Below, piece by piece: positions 1 to 11,296 of a stretch of 64,000 bases of DNA. The notes beneath the pieces were generated by a model, which saw only the letters and a list, made by a program, of their open reading frames with translations, was not told where the DNA came from and ran no database searches. Source of the stretch: Klebsormidium nitens (taxonomy: Eukaryota; Plantae; Klebsormidiophyceae); the NCBI GenBank assembly GCA_000708835.1, contig DF236951.1, positions 310,101 to 374,100 on the forward strand. Reading direction: 5' to 3'. How positions within the stretch are numbered: the stretch's first letter is position 1; the number at the start of each line of letters is the position of its first letter. The position numbers were made by a program, and so were the translations under genes.

Positions 1-230
1 GGAGTTCAACTCGTGAACTTCAACAGCTGTGAAAGCTGGGGAAACACGAAAACATTTTTGCTTCGCCAGGGCACGCATGCTAGCAGAAGTCGGTCCTGCT
101 GCTAACGTCGCAACAATACGCTACAAAACATGCAAAAGTGGAGGCCTAAGTAGAGAATCAACGGGTCGGAGGCAACGCAACGAAGTGCAAGGACGGAGAA
201 ATAAGCGGAGTAACAGCGGGCTGCCCTCAC

Positions 231-3200
231 TTTTCCATGTTGGCGGACCAGCCGAACTTGCTGGTGACGAGGACGCAGGGCGACGTGGAGATGCGGTTGG
301 AGATCTTGACCTGGGCCACCTTGTCGCCCAGCTGCCGCTTTAAATAGTCGCACAGCACCACGTACTCCTTCTCCGCCTTCTCCATCTCCTCCTTCTCGCT
401 CGCGTCGCCTGCACAAGGGATGGGAAAAGCGGTGTCAACTTCGCTGTTGCGACATTACAGGAGTCATTCGAGAGCCGCCAATAAGCACCACTCCATCTTT
501 CTCCCCATCTCTATCTCCTCCTCCTCTTCACCTGCAGGGGGAGGAATGATCAAAAGCAGTGTAATACGCGCACACAAGGAGTGCAAAATCAGCACCCTGT
601 AATGGTGACTCGCATTATTCACCTCCTTCCTACTCGCTCGCGATGCCAAGTCCGGCAGAATGCAAAAGTTTCGATACGCCGAACAGGGGAAAATGCGCTG
701 TGACAAAGCACCACAAACCACTACCGGCTATCTCATATTTCGGCGCCTGAGATGGAAGAAATACACCAGTCACGAATACGCAACCGTTGCTGAACCGCGA
801 AGCATGAGCGCTTCGTGTTGGTGAGCTGGCGGATACTGAAACTGGTAAATGAGCTGGCATGCCGCAACACAAGTGGGGAGACGCCGTTTGTGGTTGGCTC
901 TGTGCCCGCCAGCTGTGGCCTGGCACGCGCGAGCAATCTCTTCCTGGCAGAGGCACTGCGCACAAGATGACGTCCCGCTGACGTCAGCGGGGCAGTGCAC
1001 GGGGCGCTCACCAAGGTCCAGGTCTTCCTTGGTGATGTCCACCAGCTTCTTGTCCTTAAACTCCTTGAGCGCGTTTACGGCCACCTCGTCGATCGCCTCC
1101 GTCAAGAACAGCACCTGCGGTGGAATTGAGAGAGGCGTTCGTTTCCTTTGCTTATGTATCATCCGTTCCCTCCGTTTACCTTTCTCCTTTCTTCGATGAC
1201 TTATCTCACAAAGCGCTTCGATGGCCTCTGTCAAGAACAGCACCAGTAATGGGGGAGAAACGATTGCAATCACTTCCTTTCTTCAACATTGGTCATTATG
1301 CCGTTTGCTTTGTCCTCCCTCCGCTAACCTATTCCTGATTCGTTCCAGACTGGCGGTCGACCAAGAGGAGTCGCAACATCAAGCGACACATCTTGCAGAC
1401 AACTGAGACGGCAAAACCAAGCCCGACCACCTGTTGAAGAAAGAGGGAAGCTTCCGATGTCTCAGATCGACTTGTGCCGGGAAAACAACCGGAGGAAGGA
1501 GCGACTCAGCACCACTTGTCAGAGCCTCCGATTCGAACAAGCTCAAGAACACGTGTTAAGCAATGGCAGGAGGCGAACAACCGTCTGGGGACTGACCTCG
1601 AAGCCCTTCTCGTTGACCTGCTCCAAGAAGGGCGCGGTCTGGGCGCTCTTCTTCGAGTCGGCGGCAAGATAGTAGAGGTCCTTCTGGTCGGGCTTCATGC
1701 GGTCAATGTATCTGGACAAGAAGAGAATTGTCAAGGCAAAATACTCTGGATGTGAGCGGCTTCCTCTGGCGTCAAGCAAATTCTGCGGGTTCGACGCGAG
1801 AATGCTGAGCGTGACCAGCCTGTGATGGTACGATCTGCTGATGCAAAAAGAAGGGTGATGAAGTGTGTCGTGGAGAATGAGTTGTGATGTCAAACCACGG
1901 CAACTTCCATCGCAACAGAGGACATAAGAAGCACAATGGGGCACAGACCTGTCTCTCAAAGAATCAAGGAAATGGCTGCAGGCATAGACGGCCCGCTTCA
2001 GACAAACAAATGGCACAATGAGCAACGTCAACAAAGGAATACACAACAACGCAAAGGAATACACACCGCAGAATGATGCAGTATCATCGTACTGTAGAAT
2101 AGTAGAGTGAAACCACCTTATTACCGCAAAGTAGTAAGGTGTCCGTTGCTAGATTTACGATAGAGCACATCGGAAAAACGACGGATATACATCATTTGAT
2201 CCGCCGAAGAACATCAGAAAAACGCCGGATATGAATGATTTGATCGTGCACAAAACTTCCGATGCGCACTCACTCCTGCAGCCCAATCTGCTTGTCCTCG
2301 CTTTTGGAGGTGAAGAAGCGCAGCAGCGGCGCGAGGCGGTTGTGATTGGCGGAGTCCTCAATGACGCCCAGCTTGATGTTGCGCGCCCAGTTCTGCCAGA
2401 ACGTGTCGTACTTCTCGCCGTCCTTCGCGATCTCGTCCATCATGTCGAACGTCTTGCGGATCAGCCGCTTGCGCATGATGCGCACCTGCGGGGAGAATGC
2501 ACCAGTGTTATTTCAAGCGGCACTGTATCCGACCCAAAATCCGCGGTTTATAGATTGAACTTCTCGGGTTTTAACACAACCTTTCAATTTTCAGCAGGCT
2601 TTCAACTGTTCTCAAACATGCCCGTTCACGAGCCTGCGCATTCTGATCTCAATTCCAACACGTGTTTGCCGCAAGCTAGATCTTTGACTCTCGTTCTACC
2701 CCCCAATTACTCCTTTCACTCACCCCCGCTTCTCCGGGAGCGTGCGAACCTACCTGGTCTTTACGACAAATTCCCCTTATTTTACTCGATGACAACTCCC
2801 CATTACCACCTGCCTCCAACGTTGCAAGGTGCTACTCAAAACCAAACGAAACTTACTTTTATAGAGAGAATATCGTAGCATCTTCCGCCTCCTCAAACAA
2901 AACGCCCCCCCAACCCACGTGGCTCCTGAGCAGTAGCTCTCGGGAAAGTTGAGCGAAAGTTCGTTCAAATTAACCACGCCCTAAACCTCCCCGCAACAAA
3001 CCCCCGCTGATCACAAAACTCTGTTCTTGCACGCTGGCACTCAAAACCAAACCCAGACTTTTGCGACAACGAGTGCGCTAAAGCAAGATCGTCCAACAAA
3101 AGCTCCCCAACTCACCACGCGGCTCTCCTGCAGCAGCTCCCGAGAAACATTGAGCGGGAGGTCGTTGGAGTCGACGACGCCCTTGACGAAGGCCAGGTAG

Positions 3201-6200
3201 CGCGGCATGAGGTCCCCGCCAAAGTCGTCGCTGATGAAGACGCGCTTGACGTACAGCCGGATGTTCTTGGCGATGGTGGGCATCGCCTCCTCCTGCGTGA
3301 ACGGCGGCATGCCCGGCACGAACAGCAGGCTCGTGAACTCGATCTCGCCCTGCAAGGAAGGGTGCGTTTGAATTAGCACTCTAGGGAGGGGTTTGTTTCT
3401 GGAGCTCGAAGGCTAGTTCGAGTACCCTGTGTGAAAGGTCTCCCTTGGTTGTGGATCTGGATCTCATGATAGGTACCTAGATGGCCCAACTCCGAGTGAG
3501 CTGACGGGCTGCGCTTTCAAATGAGTTCTTCCATCACAAGCAGCCGGAAGTGGGCTGCGTACTGCGCATCTGCAAGAAACAGCCGGCGCCAGCGCTGCCA
3601 TCAGGATGAATAGCTGGCGCCCTTGCTTCGCCCCATCCAGCAAATGGGAGGCTCAATGCGGATGTACTTTGTCCTTGCAGCTGGGCAACTAGCTCTAGGA
3701 CACTGCACACGTATCGTCGTCTTCGCTTCAAGCATTCAGCTGAGCTGCTATCCCCTTCGCTTACCTCTGTCTTGAAGTGCGAGTACGCGGCAGGCTCCAT
3801 GAACTCCTTGAACGTAGACTTGAAGAACTCGTCGTAATCCTTCTTTTCAACATCCTTGGGCGACCGCATCTGCACAAAGCAACCCGCAAGTATGAAAAAT
3901 GGAGCGCTTCCAGGAGGGTACCCAAAAGTTACCTGGATACATACCTGCTCGTCGGAAACCAACTCTGCCGTGATCAAGTTTCCGATATGCGTCAACGGCA
4001 TGAGCAGCCACAGAAAGAAGTGTTTTGAGAAGTGAAGCAGCCGTGCAGGCAGGAAAGAGCTGAAAAACGTCCGGAGGGATGACGGAAAAGAAGGGACTCT
4101 CGCTTCCCGTGCCATGCGGGAAGCGACAGAGCCGCCATTAATCACCCCATTCTCCACAATGCCACGCAGTAAACCGCATTCAAGGTCTCTTCTCCCCTGC
4201 TCCGAAGCGACTTTCTCAGGCGATTGCCACCGGCAAAGCTTTTAACAATCTGACCGGAAACTTACCCAGAGCGGCTTGGTCTCATTTTGGAGCTTCCACT
4301 CCCACTTCTTCTCCGAGATGGTCTTCATCTTGGGCTCCTGACCCTGAACCAGAAAAGGGCGGAGTTCGGCTCAGCTGACCCTACACCGATCTTATGGGCT
4401 CGATCTCTTGCTTCGACTTTTTTCTTGTTCGGAACCCTCTTCTATAAGCGGCTGGTAAGTTTCTCTGAAAATCAACCTAAAGCAACTTATAAATACTCTT
4501 CAGAACACCGCTTAACCGTCCTTGAAAGCAATCAGAAGCCCATTTTGGGCCAAATATTCACGAACATTCGCCGGGCTGCTACGGGCGACAGAAAAGCGTG
4601 GTAGGAAAGATGCGTGTCCCTGAGCAACTTCCGGCTCCCAGTTCCAGGACACATACGTCTCTCCCAAGAAGAAGCAGGACAACCAGACAGTCGAAGCGCA
4701 CTGCAACAACATGTAGCCAGGGCGTTGACAACGGGGCCACAACATCTGTGCCTACTGGAATGTCGACAATTGAGCTCATGATCCGTAGACTCTTACCCTG
4801 ATCCCGCACGAGAATTCACAACCCAATTCACAGCTCATGCATTTCTGAAGAGTTTTTGTGCGCCCATATGCCCACGGTCTGCCTATCCCGTAGCCTGGCA
4901 CTGCCGCCAGTGCATCGCGGCAACAAAGTAGCCGGCTTATCCGAGGGAGAACAATGAATCGTTGACCGCACCTCTTCGACGGGCGCGTCTGTGTCCGGGA
5001 CCTCCTTATCGACGAGCTCCTCGACCCAGGTGTAGATGGGGAAGCTAATGAACTGCGAGTAGTTCTTCACCAGCCCGTTGATGCGCCGGAAGTCCAAGTA
5101 CTCCTCGCGGTCGGCCTCCTGCACGTCATAGCGTACGGTTCAATAAGCGTTTCGCATCCATACAGCTTACAAAAAGCGTGAGATCTTACCCCGCTGTCGA
5201 TGCATAGAAGTGCGGGTATCGTGCGCTGCAAACTCACAGTGCACAGAACAAGATATGTAGGACCCATTTTGATCCATGGCTGCGGTTTTATTGGTAACAT
5301 CCCAACGGCCCTAGGATTTGGCGATTGAAAGCCCCGACTTTAAGATTACTTGTGCTTAGAATGCCATGGAAGGCATTGAGAAATACAGACGAGCAGATCG
5401 TCCCACGACTTCTCGCTGCGATCTTTTGATCGCAGGCCTCGACAATCCAGTCCAAAGCGATACTGGCGAAATGTTGTAAGTTGTGAGAGCCAGTGCCCAG
5501 CTCTTTGGAAAACCAAATCTTCAGAGAATCGACCTAATTCTACCACTTATCTGCACCCTGTTCGTGTCCTCCACAGCCGTACGGCGGCCTCGGCCAACTT
5601 TCGTCGAGAAGCAGTATTCAGACAGCTGGCTCTTCGACTCCCGTAACATAGGTTCAATATCTGCCATAACGTGACCTCATCTGCTTTGTTGCTTCCGTCC
5701 AGCTTCAATCACTATGGATTCTCTTGAAAGCTCGTCAAAACTTTCCGCCTCTTACAGAAGGTGAGTGGCTCACCTTGAGGTGCAGGGTGATGCTCGTGCC
5801 ACGTGGCAGCAGCTTGGAATCATCCATCTCCTCCTTGATGGTGTATGTGCTGGTGTCGGCCTCGGACTCCCAGATCCATTGCTGGTCAGACTTGGGGCTC
5901 TTGGTCGTAACCGTGATCTGGCGCCAAGAACATGGACAAAAACGTGAATAAGGCGCTACTAAAGAGCGCCCCCTCTTCGAAGACTCATGTCAAGGCGACC
6001 TTGGCCCTCAATTGAAAAGGTGGAGTGGGTGAAGGTACTTCCGAGCGACAAATTCGTGAGTGAGTTAATTATAGGTAGCTGAAAAGGGATCATCGTGATG
6101 TGGTTCAATGCTGAGGGAGAGAAGCAACCTTGCGGATCAAGTTCAGAGCTCTCGGGATCAGGTGCGGAAGCAATTCAAGGGAGGACGTGGCGATGCTTTC

Positions 6201-9200
6201 TGTCCTTTTCAATGAGTCGGGATGGACTATCTTCCGTTTGGATACAGCGAGCTCTGCTTGCCGACCCAGTCCAAAGCAGGAGTCTCGTTGCCAGGGTTAA
6301 AAACAAGGTGTGCAGCACGGAAGGGACATGAAAGCTGATGCCAACGCACTGAATCACGAAACCTAGAAATGATGGAGACACGCAATCGAGCAACACGAAC
6401 AGCAAAATGATGACCAGTAGACAAGCTCCTGAAGCCCTACCTTATCTGCGACAAGAAAAGCCGAGTAGAAGCCCACACCGAACTGGCCAATCAGGTTGTT
6501 GTCATCCTTGTTATCCTGCAGAATAGGCCCAATTGTTGGCGGCAGCCGATTGGTGAACGAGCCGGAAGCTCTCGAAAGAAAGAGAAACGGCGACCCCTCT
6601 GATTGCTCGAGTGATTGCCTTTTCATCTGCATAGATGTGCTGATGCAACTTAACTTCACGAAAAGCAACGATATCAGGTGAGGGGCTGACGAGAGTTCCG
6701 TACGAATTGCAAACCAAGAAGACGTACCCAAGATCTCTCAGCCTTAGAAAGCAGCTCACCTTGATTGCCTGGACAAACTTTGCAGTCCCTGAACGGGCAA
6801 TTGTACCCAAACTGTCCAGCAGCTCCTCACGTGTCATACCAATGCCCGAGTCTCTGCAACAAGATCACCCTCAATCAGTCGTCATCAATATTGATGAGCC
6901 ATTGGCCCAGCGTTGATCAGTACACTCTCTGGTCAAACCTGCGACTTACGCAGTTGGCGTGGTCCTCTGAAATTGCGCCAAAATAATGGCCACTTCTTGG
7001 CCAATACTTGGATTGATAGCTGGCTAATTTTCAAACGACGGAGTACAGAGCAAATCTTCGTTAACAATAACCCTGAGTCAAGTGAACTTTCGAAACAAAA
7101 CACCTTGACGGCCTCCCAATCAATAAGCAAGTTATCTTTTGATGTCTCTGCTGTGCAAAAGACCCTCATCTGCAGAAAGCCACAAGGCAACTAGGCCGTA
7201 GGGCCGAAAGTACATGGGGCTAGCCACCAGATGAGATGCTCACGTGATGGTGATGGTCCCTGCATCCTTGTCGGCCTTGATCCGGATCTCAAGGTCTGGG
7301 AAGTCGCCGAGGAGGCTCTGATCCGTCACGCTCAAGAATCGGAGCTTGTCAAGAGCATCGCTCGCATTGCTGCACAGAGGAACGCAAGATTTGGGGGATA
7401 TTATATATAAATTATAAATCCAATTCCCATAAATGACGACAGCCAGACTTCAAAGTGCGCCATGATTGAAAACCGAGTGATGTTGACCGTCGAGACACTA
7501 CCAGAGACGCCCGTCTAGTATAGCAGTGTGTCTTTCATGTCTGATAAGCGGAAACGGGCGCGTCAACGTTGTGCTTTGAGAAAACGCTGCTAAGTGAAAG
7601 AAGGATAAATACACGTAGAGTCAGCAGGCAAGCAGCACAAGATCGATGTCAGAAGGACGCCGGTCTGCTTTGCTTACCTGACCAGCTCCCGCAGGAAGAC
7701 CTCCTTGTGGCTGTACAGGCTGTGGACGATGAGATCCAGCAGGCGGCTCACCTGGAACAGCGAGAAAGATGAGTCAACGACTCTGTATCAAGGGATTTTG
7801 TATCGAGGGGAAAAGGAAAAAGTACAAGATCCAAAAACCTTGCTGAAGATGGACTTGCCTTCTTGTGCAAACCTCTAAAGAGCATGGTGAATCCTCGCTC
7901 ACCGGACGAAGTTCAATTGTTAGAAGCGACATGATGTATCAGCAAGTGCAAGGGGACCTCACGAGGGCTGCAACGCCGACATCAAAACCTCAAGTGGTGA
8001 ACAATTGGTTCGGTGGCATCAGAAGGTGGTGCAACTGAGTTTGGGATACACGGCTCAAATCCCTGAAATATCACCTTTGTGCGCAGAAAAACGAACCAAG
8101 TGAGGCACCGTTGAAGTAAACAGAGGTAGGGTGGCGGCAAAAAGCTGCCACATCATCAAAAAGCTTTTTCGAAATCCAGATGTCAGGAAGGGCCTACCTC
8201 TGCCTGATACTCATGCTTCTCCTCCTTTGCTGGGGCTTCTGTAGCAACAGCCCTGCAAGTCAAAGCGCCCCCCGTCTGTCTCTCCCATGCTCTGCTGCTT
8301 GCGGCAGCCTGGCTAAGACTGAGGAGGCTCTGAGAGCCAAGATATGCTTTGCTGGCGAGGACTTTAGGGGTGCACAGACTGCGGACGAAGGAAGAGCGAA
8401 GGGCAGGAGCAGCGGGGGCAGTGGTAGTCTGCAAGACGAGGGGGGGTGTTTGAGTAAGCTTTAATTGTCTACACTTGACAGTCAGGATGTTTGCGTGGCC
8501 TGATATGAAAAGCGCCAGAGGCGCCACGGGGGACTTGGTGAAAAAACTCCCTTGTTTCTTGTTTGTTTGGGGTTAGGGTTTGCCAATGTTCCATCAAGCT
8601 GAATAAAAGCTTAAAGCTGTAATTGATTCAAGAGTGACTGAGGACTTGCAGGCTTCTGAGAGGAATATGGCGGCAATGCATAACAATCATCGACCACTTA
8701 ATGAGCAGGAAAGTTTAAGTGAGATGAAGGCTTAGGCCGGGGGAACACGCTTGCAAGCCTGGTTGTCCTCCAAAGAAAATTATGATGGTTTGACAAACTG
8801 ATATGTCTTCACACTTCAACTGACACGATTGAACCCAAACACGCTTCGTGGCCTTTAGAGAGGTCTAATGCTGTTACTCTGCTTTTGATTCAGCTGTTTT
8901 CGAATGTTGAATGACACTTGGTGGTAATGCTGAGCTTGGCATGCCTCCTGAAGATAGGCTTCAATGCAGATCTTGTTAATAGTGCTTCAGTCACTCGTTT
9001 TGAAGTATAGATCCCTGTTAATGGTAGCCATTCCTCACCGCCTAGACAGAGTGTACATAGAAGGAACGTCCTTACACAGCTGTTTGCCCCTGCCAACCAG
9101 TAAAAGAGGCGGTATATAGGGATGAAAAGAATAGCTAGTAGATTTACGGTCAGAAATACTCAGAGGTGTAAATAGGACAATGCTGCTTCTTACCCGTGCC

Positions 9201-9277
9201 TTAGCACCGCTTCTGCTTCCAGCCGCCAAACTTGGCGGCGTCACCACCGACCTCGTGAGGCTCTGCGCAGCCGCCAT
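231..9277 (-). CDS. HSP90C: Plastid-type heat shock protein 90 (HSP90C/HSP90-5 like), 3' end lies beyond window start
   Basis: Phase-consistent GT-AG exons: 9277-9194, 8428-8198, 7751-7678, 7369-7244, 6853-6760, 6515-6441, 5917-5774, 5118-4972, 4343-4266, 3869-3765, 3349-3116, 2485-2274, 1711-1597, 1114-1012, 408-231. Motifs [90 protein letters not shown]. The Ala/Ser/Arg-rich N-terminus ending CRA-VA resembles a chloroplast transit peptide. Confidence 0.95.
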
Positions 9278-9602
9278 GGTGGACAAGAGGTGGTTAGGAC
9301 AGGCTAAGGACCGCCTCAAAAGCGCTGAGTGGAGAAGCATAAAGCCTACGACAGCACGCAGCGACAATGGCAGCAGCACCCACGACTCAAATCGCTCCTG
9401 ATGGGAAATGGTGGTACAATTGTAAACGCCAAGGCACTGCTGGCAGGCCGCAGCAGTGTAGCAATTCCACACTCTAGCCTCAGGACGCGCGATCGCGCGA
9501 CAGCCCCACTTCGACCCGATTGGTTGGTGATCTGGTTGGTTAAATACCTTCGAACGAAGAATGAAAAGCAAGATGGGTAGATCGATCAACTTGCGTCGCT
9601 AA

Positions 9603-10052
9603 GGGGGTTCTTCCACCTAGCGGTCGGTCTTCGTTCCCTAAATTCCCATTGGCTGAAACCCCCTATTTCTGCGGTGAACCGGTCTTTAACTGACCGGTCT
9701 TCCGAATTTTCAGTGCCACGTCGGCGGTCAAGAAATGCATTTTCTCTACCGCTGCACTCCAGCGGTAGAGAAAATGCCCCAGTGGACTTCCGAAGCTATC
9801 GGTGGTTTCAGCCAATCAGAAGACGATGCGCACCGTGTGGGCTCGGAACCCAATGATTGGGTGCCCTGTCTGCACTGGTGCCTCCAGTTTATGAACGAAG
9901 ACCGACCGGAAGGAAGACCGGAGGCCCCTTCAGCGGTGGTCGGTCTACAATTTTCTGGAATCCTATTGGCTACCTTCACAGCCCTCCGGTCTTTCTAGCT
10001 GGTCTTCGCATTTTCATTTTACGAAGACCGACCGCTAGGTGGAAGAACCCCC
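9603..10052. mobile_element. Non-autonomous PIF/Harbinger-type (Tourist-like) MITE, 450 bp
   Basis: Perfect 32-bp terminal inverted repeats GGGGGTTCTTCCACCTAGCGGTCGGTCTTCGT (9603-9634 / 10021-10052), TAA target-site duplication (9600-9602 and 10053-10055), subterminal GACCG/CGGTC repeats, no transposase ORF. Confidence 0.9.
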
Positions 10053-10166
10053 TAACGGTAGGGTTACGAAGCAAGGTCAAACTGTGCTTAAAGTGCGCAA
10101 CTCCTGCCGGCGCTGCTTTGCGCGAGATAGAGGAACGGACGGCCGAGATGCTGGACATGTCAATCA

Positions 10167-10181
10167 TTTCTGGAACCTTCT
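10167..10181. promoter_or_regulatory. Heat shock element (three nGAAn units)
   Basis: tTTCtgGAAccTTCt, upstream of the HSP90C start; matches the HSF consensus nTTCnnGAAnnTTCn. Confidence 0.6.
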
Positions 10182-11296
10182 GAATCTACGGTCGAGCAAC
10201 ACTAGAAATCTCAGAGTCCGTCGGATTGCAATTTCATCGACGGTTGAAAGGAGGGCATACCATGTCATGCTCGGAAGTGATCGGACGGTTGGACATTTGT
10301 TGCTAAGCACGTGGCACCGGTTGTGCGCGCACACAACTTCGTGAAGGGTGCCTGTGCATTTCATATTTCTGTACATGTGTACATGTGACATCCAGACTGT
10401 TCCTTTGACGGTTTGTCTGCTCAGCTGAGTACCCAAGAGCCAACTGGGCGCTGAATGTGCTTTGTAGGTACTGTTCTTTGAAAGGTGAAAAGCTTGATGG
10501 GTCAGCGGACGGAAGATGCTCGAGTCTGTGCCATGCCACACAATTCGTATGTCAAAGGCATTGCCAGTTGGTCTAACGGTGGAGATTCGCTACGTTTCTG
10601 CCCGCTTGCCACCCAGGGCGCTGCAGACTGATATCTGCCTGCAAAGTGGGCCTCCGTCAAAGCTGTCAGGCTTTGCTGATAAACAATGCTGCCACCAGCT
10701 TGCCTACAGCAACTCCTTCATGTGGGAAGACAGGATTTACTTAGTGTTCCGGCCGCTATATTTGATAGCCTGGTGCTTAGATGTGTCATTGCTATGTAAT
10801 CATCTGACTGCCGCAGAATCCTGAGGGAAATGCTAAAGAGAGACGAAAAGACCGTTCATGCAGACAAGGAAAAATGGGGCCCTTACCACCACGCAAGAGG
10901 AGGAAAGCACGGATGCGCCGGCTGCGCTCGCGCCCGACATGCAGTCACTGGTAGCATGCTTCATTGATCTGCAAATTGAGGCCACAGGGCCGGCTGGGCT
11001 GTATCGGGCGCTGACTAGTAGCTCCAGATGGGGTTTGGGAGATCTCAAGTCCCCTGTGTAGACGGTACTGTCCTGAGAGTCGCTCCGTAATGTTCGTGTC
11101 AAGACATCTGCACACATACGACCTGCGAAGGCGGCTAAAAGATCTGAGTGGGAAGAACCGCAACGTTCGTCACGTCCTCATTGGAAGCACGATCACAAAC
11201 ACTCAGACCGCTTGAGGAACTTATAGGTTCTTGCGCGCAGTTGCACAGGAGGCCTCAGATAGATTAGGGAAGCAAGGACTGTGGTGCCCTTGCACA

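Noticed and set aside
3555-3585. CAG-ATGCG(C) MRS resembling the HSP90C exon 3869 start
   Set aside because: Only about 8 nt match; compatible with chance.
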